DNA from: Marsupella aquatica
Lineage: Eukaryota > Plantae > Marchantiophyta
Length of the DNA stretch: 64,000 nucleotides
Assembly: GCA_973895155.1 (NCBI GenBank)
Contig: OZ316891.1
Location: forward strand, 18,260,666-18,324,665
Direction: 5' to 3'
Positions within the stretch are counted from its first letter, which is position 1. Each line of letters starts with the position of its first letter. The notes below the pieces were generated by a model. That model was not told where the DNA came from. It did not search any database and saw nothing but the letters and a program-made list of their open reading frames with translations. A program made the translations under genes and the position numbers. This document shows, piece after piece, positions 24,520 to 36,285 of the stretch.

Positions 24520-27500
24520 ATGGCTGCAACTATACCTGCCGTCGGTGCCAAGGGAACTATATGTTGTCAGAGTGGTGCCGCGCACAGTTCTGCTCCTCAA
24601 TTGGAAGCGGTTCGTTCCGGATTGTTTGCGAGCGTAAAGAATCACTGCGGACTGCACAAAGTTGTCCCTCGGAAGAGTGTGAGCCGACGCCCAATCTCCT
24701 CCACTACTCGACGTGCTCTGCAGGTAAGAAGCTTGCCCTAGCTGACTTAGTCTGAAATGTACTTGACACTCGCTAACCTCAGAAAGATTCAAAGACAGCT
24801 CTTAAAGGTAGACTTAAATTGTAGTGATGCTCCTACACTCACACATGGCTCGCCTGAACTCCATAGACATATACGTTGTTGTCCGCGCACCTGGTGGAAA
24901 GTAGGCCACATCTCAGTAGACTAAATTTGTTGCAACCGTACGTACGTTCGAATTGATGAGTTAATTGAGATGAAAATCTTCTGATTAACTAAATAGATCT
25001 AGATCGAAGCCCCTTATAATGGAGTACTTATGCTTTAAGTAAAAGAGTAGGGAATGATCCTCTGATAAGCTTCTTGCTGTAATTTGCTGCCACGGTACGG
25101 TGAGGAGCATCACGATAAAGTTTGTAACGCTGGATTTCTCACTTGTACATGATAGAAAAATGACGAAACCCCAGTCGCCAGCCCGAATGGATCTATGGTG
25201 CCGTCTCACGGCAGTGATGGGATTGAGTACTTCACTGAGAAGCCAGCGACGCCATTGCTGGATACGGTCAGCTACCCAGTTCACATGAAGAATCTGACCA
25301 ACACCCAGCTCAATCAACTTGCAGAGGAGCTGCGAACGGAGATGGTTTTTGCAGTTTCTAAGACAGGAGGCCACTTAGGGTCCGGACTTGGTGTAGTGGA
25401 GCTCACCGTGGCTCTCCACCATGTCTTCGACACTCCTGCCGACAAAATTCTGTGGGACGTTGGCCACCAAGTATGGGCTTCTTACAATCTTAAGTCAACA
25501 TATATCCATCCATCTATATTATAATTTAGCTATTCGAGATCTACCTTTTATGACCTGTTCCATAGATGAATGAATCCATTTCCGTAGAGGCAGTAATTTA
25601 TGTGACAGAAATTGTGGTATGTAGTTCTTGTGAATGGGAGTCTGAGCATTCGGTCTAGGTGGATTTTATAAGCTGTTAATTGGACACGTACTCTATGACT
25701 TTATACAGTCATACAGCTTGCGGGCTGGTCGGATTTCAAAAGCTATTATTTAGAGATTCTATGGCTTTACTCATTCATTTCAGGTTTCGGCCTAGTTGGA
25801 TTTTAAAAGCTATTAATTAACTAGACGCACTCTATAACAATACTCATTCTTGTTTATTAGAAGAATAGGAGTCGACACTTTACTTCATAGGGTGGTGAAC
25901 ACATTACTAGAGCAGCTATGACGAGATCGAGCTGTAGATCTAATATGAAAAGCGAATTCATTAATACTGTTTCCATGCTTACTGTTTCCATGCTTTCGTG
26001 TCGCTGCAGACATACCCTCACAAAATTTTGACCGGACGCCGAGACCAAATGCACACAATGAGGCAAACTTCTGGGCTGGCAGGATTCACAAAGCGAAGCG
26101 AGAGCGAGTACGATGCATTCGGCGCCGGCCACAGCTCGACCAGCATCTCCGCTGGCCTTGGTATGGATTCTGATCCTTGCTTTAAAATTGGATTCAGTAT
26201 GCGGAGCTCGTTGGTACAACCAAAAGTGACTAGACGAGTGTCGTCAATATCATATCGGAGTTGATACGACCAAATAAAGTGACCAGACTAGTGATTTTAA
26301 ATTCACATCGTTAAGAATTCAAGAATGTGTGTAGCAGTTCAAGGCTTACTGTAGAGTTAGATTCTGTGATTTTTCGTGTGCCCGACATCTGATTAGGAGC
26401 TGGCTATCTTAGTTGTCATTAGTTACCAAAAACGCACGTCCGTTAAGATAGACAATTGTTGATGCTTTGTGTTGACAAAAAGTATATTCTCTCAAACGTG
26501 TAGCGGGGGCTAACTTTCTCAAGACAAAAGTGTCTGGAGAAAACGTGCTGTCAAAAGTGTGACAAAACTGTAGACTTTTCGGTCAATATCATATCGGAGT
26601 TGATACGACCAAATAAAGTGACCAGACTAGTGATTTTAAATTCACATCGTTAAGAATTCAAGAATGTGTGTAGCAGTTCAAGGCTTACTGTAGAGTTAGA
26701 TTCTGTGATTTTTCGTGTGCCCGACATCTGATTAGGAGCTGGCTATCTTAGTTGTCATTAGTTACCAAAAACGCACGTCCGTTAAGATAGACAATTGTTG
26801 ATGCTTTGTGTTGACAAAAAGTATATTCTCTCAAACGTGTAGCGGGGGCTAACTTTCTCAAGACAAAAGTGTCTGGAGAAAACGTGCTGTCAAAAGTGTG
26901 ACAAAACTGTAGACTTTTCGGTCAACACCCTTAATTTGTTACGTTAAGAATAGTCTCCAACTTTGTTTTTCTCAATTGTAATGTTCTCTGGGGTATCTAA
27001 CATGTTTTCACTGTACTACTGTCCTCTTTAAGATTCTTCGAGCAGATAATGTTGTGAAAGACGATATCTCGGTCCTGCGTGATTACTAAATTTCGTCGTA
27101 ATAAATTTCCTTTTTGCACAGGAATGGCAGTTGGGCGAGATCTCCAAGGTAGGAGGAACAACGTGATCGCGGTGATCGGAGATGGTGCTATGACGGCAGG
27201 CCAGGCGTACGAGGCGATAAACAATGCGGGGTATTTGGACTCGAACATAATTGTCATCCTCAACGACAACAAGCAAGTGTCTTTACCGACGGCAACTCTG
27301 GATGGGCCCGCACCCCCGGTTGGAGCTTTGAGCTCCGCTCTCAGTAAGCTCCAATCCAGCAAGAAGTTCCGACAACTGCGGGAAGCCGCCAAGGTAATGA
27401 AGAAATCCCTCTGGGTAAAGGCAAGAGAGGGTCATGCGAATCCAAATTCTGATATGAATTGTTGACAACCGATCTTGGATTGACAGTTTCGATGGAACAT

Positions 27501-30487
27501 TTTTCAGGGCGTGACGAAGCAGATCGGAGGACAGACCCACGAGATTGCGTCCAAAGTAGACGAGTATGCCAGGGGTATGATCGGCGCACAGGGCTCCACG
27601 ATGTTCGAAGAGCTTGGGCTCTACTACATCGGGCCGGTCGATGGACACAACATGGAAGACTTGGTGACCATTCTCAACAATGTCAAAGCCCAGCCTGCTG
27701 CTGGCCCCGTGGTCATTCATGTTGTTACTGAGAAAGGCCGCGGTTACCCCTATGCCGAACGAGCCGCTGATAAATATCATGGTGAGTGCAGTGTTCATTG
27801 GTCATGAACAAATATATATGGAAACGTAACATACTCCATTAATTCCAATAATTATGACAGTCCAAAACTCAGGTACTATTCAGTTTCGATCTAATGCTTG
27901 CGAACATTCTAAGGGGAGACTCGGGTGGGGAAAAATTGAGGGATCGCGCGATCTAGCGCCGTACAGCAGTGATCGATACAATAGTCTACATTCAAGTTGG
28001 TATGCCCTCACATTCAGCGATGTTAGCTGGACGGAATTGAAATCAAATCGAGAGTAGCGCGTGAAAGCTAGAGGAGATGAATAAATCTGAATCCAGAGTA
28101 CAACGTCAGTTGCTTTTGCGTCTGCTTCGAGAATATGGAGTAGCAAGTGCTCATTTTTCCAGTGGTGCAAGATCGCTGACAAGATATGGTGAATGTTGCT
28201 TTGGAATCCTTCAGGTGTGGTGAAGTTCGATCCTCCCAGTGGCAAGCAGCATAAAGTGAAGACCCCGACAAACTCCTACACACAGTATTTCGCTGAGGCT
28301 CTAGTTGCAGAAGCTGAGCTGGACGACAAAATTGTCGCCATCCATGCGGCCATGGGAGGCGGCACGGGCCTCAACATCTTCCAGAAGCGGTTCCCCGACC
28401 GCACTTTCGACGTCGGTATCGCGGAGCAGCATGCTGTTACGTTCGCTGCCGGTTTGGCCACCGAAGGCATGAAACCCGTCTGCGCAATCTACTCTTCCTT
28501 CTTGCAACGAGGTTATGATCAGGTACGTAGATAAATGCCGAGTTTGAGCACTAGTGCTCGGATTTCACGCCAGGGCTTGTCTAAAGTGCGCAGTCTTTCT
28601 CCAGTACATATGGGAGCGAGCTTGCGGGGAACTAATGTGCATGAGATGCATTTAGTCCCACTTTCGTATTGGAATTTCTTACACGTGTACAATCGAACGA
28701 GATCATGCTTACGACCTACCGAACTGTCGAAGGGACATTCAACTTAAAGAATTTACACGACAAGAGGAAACTCAACATTCCTGTTTCATGTTCGAGTGGG
28801 CCCGGGAATTGTATCTCGAGCTTATCTAGATACAATATATATTTTTAAACCGAGCTAGGTTTAACAAACTCTTTCTGGAGCCTGATATTTTCAATATATT
28901 TGAATCTTAGATGCTCGACATTAGTTTGCACTTCATCCTGAATTCGGGAGGGGTCTGAAGTGGTAGTGTGGGCCAGGATGACGTCAGGATCTTCAAATTA
29001 CAAACTTCAGTCTGATTTCGCCATCAATCGGGATTCTTTCTTGGAAATTCTGGAATTGAGTACGCTGTCGATGATCCCTAAATATGAACGAGCGGGCGAA
29101 CTCATAATCACTAGATCTACAAAACAAGAATGAGAATTCGCAAATCCGATGGCAATTGGGAGAAACGGGACGAGTGAGATGGACTTCAATTACAGGCTTG
29201 CCCTGTTAGTTTAATTAATTAACAGTTGTTCATATATTTGGTAGGTGATTTGGTGCTCATGGTATTGAACATGGCGCCGCAGGTTGTGCATGATGTGGAC
29301 CTCCAAAGCTTGCCGGTGCGATTCGCAATGGACAGGGCGGGGTTGGTTGGAGCAGATGGCCCGACTCACTGCGGGGCTTTTGATGTGACCTACATGGCCT
29401 GCCTGCCAAATATGGTGGTCATGGCTCCGAGCGACGAGGCGGAGCTGATGCACATGGTGGCCACCTCCATCGCCATCAATGACCGCCCTATTTGCTTCCG
29501 ATTCCCTCGCGGAAACGGCGTGGGAGTGCCGTTGCCCGCCAACAACAAAGGCACAGTCCTCGAGATTGGCAAGGGCCGAGTGCTCATCGAAGGCTCCGAA
29601 GTTGCCATTGTCGGGTATGGCACCATCGTTCAAAACTGCTTGGAAGCCCAAGCAATCCTCGCAAAGAAGGGAATCCACTGCACTGTCGTGGACGCTCGCT
29701 TCTGCAAACCTTTGGATGAAGAGCTTATGACCAGACTGGCCAAAACGCACAAGGTTTTCATCACTGTCGAGGAGGGATCCATCGGAGGTTTTAGTGCACA
29801 CGTAGCCCACTTCTTGGGTCTTCAGGGACTGCTCGACTCCGGATTAAGAGTACGTATATATCCTAGCTACTTCCACTGTGTCCAGATCTCTCTTCTTTCT
29901 CGATGATCACCCATGCTGTCGTTAGACATTTCAATCCTAAATATATTATCTAGTACTACTATGAATTAAATCTTCCCGTCCATAAGACTCGCAGATCCAA
30001 AGTATGTGTCATGATCGACCACGTAATCTGCTGGAAATGTAGATACAGCTCTTAAACTTTGGGGGGAAGTTGTAGATATTCGAGATAATTGCAATTTACT
30101 TCCTTAAATGCTGGCCATGATCGAACTCAACTGTTCAAAGGTCCCGCGACTTCGCCCGAATAGCTTGGAAACTTCGATGTTTAATTAATACTTGTCAAGA
30201 GTCCTGACCCAAAGCTTCAGAGTCTGAATCATTATCGTTTTCGATTTCTAATTGATAAATTCGCTCGCTCTGTTCGAGGCGATGTCGGAGAATCTCTGTC
30301 TAGCTGCTGAATGATTTTGGCGGCATGCATGATTGTGCAGTGGCGGCCAATGGTATTGCCCGATAAATACATCGATCACGGAGCACCCAAGGACCAGATC
30401 GAGGAAGCTGGGCTCACGGGTTATCACATCGCGGCCACAGTACTGACCACTCTAGGCAAACCCAGCGACGCCCTGCTCTTGAAGTGA
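24520..30487 (+). CDS. DXS: 1-deoxy-D-xylulose-5-phosphate synthase, plastid-targeted, ~745 aa. Exons 24520-24723, 25156-25470, 26010-26160, 27122-27393, 27508-27781, 28215-28522, 29283-29849, 30341-30487
   Basis: Motifs [20 protein letters not shown]|[26 protein letters not shown]-binding [16 protein letters not shown]...[22 protein letters not shown] and [17 protein letters not shown] introns keep frame (2238 nt). Exon 1 is Ser/Ala/Arg-rich like a transit peptide. Confidence 0.96.
26243..26925. repeat. Apparently perfect 339-bp tandem duplication inside DXS intron 3
   Basis: gtcaa recurs at 26243, 26582 and 26921 (period 339); the two units read identical by eye. Confidence 0.93.
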
Positions 30488-31380
30488 GCTCGAATTTAGT
30501 GACCACTACCGAGGCAGCAGCAGCACGTACATATATGTCTGGGTCTTGCCTCCCAGGTCAGCCTGCTCGGAAGTTGAAGTACTTTGTGGACCTTCTCACG
30601 GGACGACGATTCTTCATACACGAAGACAACAGTCTCCAATCTTGTATCAGCTGCTGGGACTTTGTAGCTCAGCAAAATTATGGCTCCGAACTGCGGGTCT
30701 GGATGATTACGTGCTCGGAACGAATATAGCTTAGGCCCTCCGCGCAATTAGAAGTATAGCTCGTTACTTGAGAAGTCCACGAACTACACTGACTGTAGAA
30801 AGTACGTACAATTTCGTCGACACCTCAAGTAAGGTGCCTCAAAGCTAGAGTTCGTACACAAGTAGAGTGACTGAACTCCAATTAATAAAGGACAAGTTTG
30901 AAGAAAAGTCATCTTGTAGAAGGTGTAAGCTCAGTGAAACCTCGGAACATACGAGATTTTTGACGAGTATCTAATTTGTAGCGATGGTAAGGACTTTCTA
31001 GAAATAAGTCGGTCCACTCCTATCCGAACTCAGAGATATTGTAAAGCTTCGAACGAAATGGTCCGTTAGCTGACCAGTCAATCACTTTGATTTCAATGTT
31101 TTAAGTGACTGTGGACCTTCAATGTCCAATTACTTACTTTGCTGCAGCTTGGTTATTCATTGGTTTTGTAAGTCTTATCGTGATATCCTGTAATGAAGTT
31201 GCATGTCTAATCGTTCTGAACGAGGTCATTTATATAATTATCGGTCCAGACCTTGTCCATACACTAAAGTTAAAGTGCCTGAGCCCAAATGTATCAGGTC
31301 TAGAAGTAATAATGCAATTCCCTGAAAGAAACAGCTGCTTGCTCCATTCTTTAGACCACCTCAAGAAGTAGACTAATTTT

Positions 31381-31987
31381 CGTCGGGGAGCCCCTACGGG
31401 AGCATAGGGACATCCCCATGAAGCTGTGACATAAGTTAAAGGCTATTATCTGCTGGAACCTGCGTAAGGAGAAGTACCCACTTCATTGAAGACACCCAAC
31501 CCCACCCACAAGGAATTATCACAAAATCCTGGCATCTACTCGGACTCTACCTATGTCATGATTGGGCCCGGATTAAAGTTAGTATCCAGGCTGGACAGAT
31601 CACTTCAAGGGAGGCGCACAACGAGATGGCGTTTCACTATCAATGGCACCTGGGCTGGCCTTTGGGAACTCCACGAGGAATCTCTCCAAGTCCCACCAGT
31701 GCCTCCACGACCACCATGAGTCACTTTGGTAGTTCAGGTTAGGAAGTTGCACTCCAGATTGACTGTTCGAAGCTTTACTCCCACACGGATCCACTAGCAG
31801 GTCTTTAGGAGTGTGCTGCTCCAACTGTACTTCCTAAATTACTTGTTTAGTTGCCCCTTATGGTCCCAGCCCCACAGGTTTTTGTACTTTGATCTCTGGT
31901 CCCTTGGGTTGGTGCCCCTTGTGGGCCCCCCATTTTGTATGTTGACTATTTGAATGGAATTAATTTGGTTCTTTCGAGGCAAAAAAG
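31381..31987 (+). mobile_element. 5'-truncated non-LTR retroelement (LINE 3' end or SINE-like) with an 18-bp TSD
   Basis: Flanked by aagaagtagactaatttt (31363-31380) and aagaagtggactaatttt (31988-32005), one mismatch. Ends in a T-rich UTR-like stretch followed by a short A tract. Confidence 0.7.
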
Positions 31988-32034
31988 AAGAAGTGGACTA
32001 ATTTTTTGACAAAAAAACATATACACCAGCAAGA

Positions 32035-32670
32035 CAAGGATCCACAAGGGGTCCAGTGACATATGAGGTAGTCTGGTCGACATGCTTTTACTTGACTGTG
32101 CACCCAAGCTAGTGACACATGACTAAATTTGATAATGGTTTTACTTGACTGTGCCCCCAGGCCAAGTGATCCACAAGGGGTCCACTGACATTAATATGAC
32201 TAAGTTTGATAATGCTTTTACTTGACTGTGACCCCAAGTGACACATGACTAAATTTGATAATTGTTTTACTTGGCTGTGCCCCCAAGTGATCCACAAGGG
32301 GTCCAGTGACATATGCCTAAGTTTGGTAATGGTTTTACTTGACTGTGCTCCCAAGTGACAGACGACCAAATTTGATAATGGTTTTACTTGAGTGTGCCCC
32401 CCAAGTTCATCTACAGCAAAGTCTGGCCTGTGTGCACATTTTGTAATATATGTTTTTGCCTTGAAACCAAAAGCTGACCCAAGGATCCACAACGGGTCCA
32501 GTGACATATGACTAAGTTGGTAATGCTTTTACTTGAGTGTGACCCCAAGTGACAGGTGACTAAATTTGAAATTATGGCTTTACTTGACTGTGCTCCCAGG
32601 TCTATCTACAGCAAATTCTAGCCTGTTCTCACATTTTTCAATTTATGTTTTTGCCTTGAAACCAAAAGAT
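32035..32670. repeat. Complex tandem array of ~45-60 bp units
   Basis: Recurring gatccacaaggggtccagtgacatatgactaa-tttgataatg-ttttacttgactgtg-ccccaagt. Confidence 0.85.
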
Positions 32671-33629
32671 CCAACAGAGGATAGCTATCAACTCTGGAGC
32701 ATATAGCCCTATATATGGTAGCCCACAAGTGGGTTGAACCAAAGCCCCAAAGCAGACAAGAGAGGGTGACGAGAAATCACTCAGGACTTCCAACACACAC
32801 ACCTTGCATGGCTAGATTGTATCTCACGACTTCCAACACACACACACACACACACCTTGCATGGCTAGTTTGTATCTCATCCATAGGACAAAAAGGCTAG
32901 AATGTATCTCACACGTAGGTCAAAAAGGAAACTCTGCCCCCAAATTCTTGGAAAGCCAGTCTTTGTCCCTATTTTCTAATTTAGTGGCGTTCTCGTGGAC
33001 CTGACAAGTCGATAAACCAACTAACCAAGTAAAGAAAGATCCGATTTCTGGAATTTTGTGAGTAGCAATGAATCTTAGCTTTATAGCCCAGTTGGCGAAA
33101 CGATTCAGTGTTCGACTGTAGGCCGCGCATACTTAGGGCATTGAAAGATTGCGAGTTTGAACTGACATGAATCTTCAGCCGTTCAGAATCCGATCGACTA
33201 TTTGTCGTCTGTGTGGGCCAAACCCTTTTTGTTTGCAAACTGGCCCCAGCCTTTCAATAGCTCGAGGAATATGTCGTCGATTCACAGACACAACGTGAGT
33301 CAGACAAATTAAATTTGTGTTTGGTTAAGGGCTGTTCTTCGTGCTTTGTCAGTACCCTGAGGTTGATGGCGGCTAACGTTTTGGAAAAGGCGACAAGCGA
33401 CTTGCGTAATTACGACAGATGGTTAGTTTGAACTGAGGTATCAAGGACACTTCCAATTGTCGGTGACAACACATGGTTTGGCCTCCCTTCTATCTGCGAC
33501 TCATTTGTATCCGTCGGTAGCAAAGATGGAAGTATCTGTTGCTGACGCTGAGTTTGGTCCAACAGCTCCTCCGACTGCTCTGCTGAATCGGATTTACACG
33601 ATTTCAGCATCGTTCGTTTTGTCATGGAT

Positions 33630-33906
33630 TCGCTACAACAAGTCACGGATCGGCATAATTCTGTCTCGTATGGACTGAAAACAAAATCTCGCCGGAGTAT
33701 TACCGAGAGGTCCCACAAAACGTAGACCACGGATGTCTGTCGTTGACAATACGAAGCATCGTTCATTTTTGTCTTAGATACGCTACTACTAGTCAGTCAC
33801 GGATCAGCCTAATTCTGTCTATGGACGGAATAAAAATTCTCGCCCGAGTAATACCGAGAGGTCCCACAAAACGTAGACCACGGATATCTGTCGTTGACAA
33901 TACGAA
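33630..33906. repeat. Diverged tandem duplication (~150 bp period)
   Basis: agtcacggatc-gc-taattctgtct...taccgagaggtcccacaaaacgtagaccacggat-tctgtcgttgacaatacgaa is present twice. Confidence 0.85.
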
Positions 33907-34539
33907 TATCGTGAGGATCGCTCAGTATGTAGCGATGGCATTTCGGATGTTTGAAATGGTTTGACACATCTTCAAACTACTTGAGGGTAAGTGTCCAATC
34001 CTTCAGGCTAAGGACATTCATGTAATGACGGGCAAGCTCAATAGTAATCCATATATATTGCCAAAAAGCAGGAGGCACTGAACCCGGAGAGGCACTGAGC
34101 ACTGAACAGGGGAGATATGATCACACTCAACAAGCAAAAAAACCCAATCCAGTGAGAATCAAAAAATGTCAAAAAGCCGAAAAGACCAAGCACTAGCCAA
34201 GCGCAAGGAAAACAAAAAAGACACACAAACCTGGATACACAAACCAAAACTCTACCAAAATGAAGAGCGTGGTAAAGCTCAGGTAGTAAAGTGCCTAATT
34301 AGGAGGGTCAAGTAAGGAAATCCAAGCTCAGGTAGTAAACTGCCTAATTAGGAGGGTCAAGTAAGGAAATCCGACTAGATGTCAGGAAACCAACAGTCTC
34401 TCCCCTACGAAAAAATAAAGAAGGCTTGCGCTCACTAGAGTGCAGTAGATACTCGTTGTCTAAAAAAATCAGTGATAACAGACGGGGGATAAGGGTGTCA
34501 CTTGGCATAATGAACCGCACAAGAACGCAAGAAACGGTC

Positions 34540-35060
34540 TAAAGTCGGGTGCAACGATCAAAAGACCTCCACAGCAAACGGGTAGAAAACATCCCCCTGG
34601 TAAGGCATAGCATAAGACTCCTCCTTAAGGCGAGCAGCCCTCGCTCATGGCCCTGGATATGGGCAGCAGACATCACATTGGCCCCACTCGTAGGGTAAAC
34701 AACAACCACATGCCCAAGGGCATATAACACCAGCACCAAGGAAAACCAAATCAGCACCTAAAGACAGGGCATGACCAAGCTGGACCAAAAAGGGATCCAT
34801 TCTCCATTCCCATGACCCAAGCCAAAGAGGATACTTAGGCCAAGGGTCCACAATGAAACGCAACACCAAAGCACAAGCCACCTGCACCAAACTATAAAGA
34901 AATGCAGAAGGAGCAGTGACTACTGCTAAAGACATCCCCATGCCACCTCCCAATGGCGGGAGTGTCGCCTGCCTAGCCACCAAAAAACCATCCTATCCAC
35001 CAAGGGCTCCCGGACCGATAAGGCGACGAAAGACCCTAATTCACCGTGATGTCAAATGAA
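34540..35060 (-). mobile_element. Decayed non-LTR retrotransposon ORF fragment (region C-terminal to the RT core)
   Basis: Minus-strand VARQATLPPLGGGMGMSLAVVTAPSAFL resembles the QAxLP--GGLG----A-AAF motif of non-LTR RT thumb regions. Stops and frameshifts are nearby. Confidence 0.45.
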
Positions 35061-36285
35061 GAGAGCAAGAACAAAAGCATTGGATCTGGAGGGACAGTCC
35101 AGAGAAAGTAGGAGAGGTGGCAAACAAAACACAACCAAAATCAAGAAAACAATCAAAGTGTAAACATCATGTGTCAAGGCAGCCTACAGAAACTCCTTCT
35201 CAAGGACTATTCCCCCAAAGGATACTCAAAGGACCCAAATGCCATCAGGTGAATGGGGATATCAAGAGGGGGGTGGATGACTCCAGGAGAGGAAGACTAG
35301 ACCAGACCCCACCATTAGATGTTTTGATGATTCACTGTCTTCCCTCAGCACATATATTGACGTGCAGTGCAATATTTTGATGATTCAGTTGTGCCAGTCA
35401 GCAGATATCTTGACATTCAAAGGGGCTCAAGTTCTTTCCAACTGGCTCAAGCTCCAGCCATCCATGGAAATCTCTTGCGGTGGGCTTACTTCTCAGAAGC
35501 CTTGCACAGAGGATGTGCTTGCTGCAGATTTAGTTTCTACTTCAAAATCAATAGTAATCACTCGCACCTAGTTAGCATAATCGTTGTTCCGGTGTAGATT
35601 TCCTCACTGGATTCTTTCTTTTTCTTTTTCGTTTGGTACTGTTTGTAATTTCTCATTTTTCACTAATTTTGTTCATTTCCTCCCTTTCATATGATTTTCA
35701 GATGACTTGCTGGTTGGGTCTCTATACACATGGCCAGGATATCATTGAATCACGTATTGAATGGATGTAAAGAGTCAATTGACCCGAATCGGGTGGATAG
35801 TCAGAGATAACCACAAAACATTTGAACACGAGATACAGTCACTTCACGTTTCAATTTACAAACAATGTTGAGATTAGCAGACTGTCCTCATCACGAATGA
35901 CAAGGCGGCTTTGGGAGTCAGAGACATCTCTTCACAATCGATTTTACAAAATTGTTCAAACTTACAAACATTGCTCAGTCTAGAATCTACAACTGAGACT
36001 TGGAAAGGTTGATAACAAATCATCTTCTCAAATCATATCAATTGCTTCAAAACAATTTGACAACTAAATTGTCTCAGAACGATCTTCGAAACTGGTAAAA
36101 GATCTAATGCTGAGACATCTGATGATCGTTCTAATCCACACCGTCTCGCGTAAGCAGGAATAAAATCTCATCTCCAAAGTCGTGGCATTGTTGGATTTAC
36201 TGAATGCTATACACAAAGATACAGTCTCCAACTTGAACTGATGAGATGAGATTTCCCTGAATAAAAACTACATTTCTCGAAGGCT

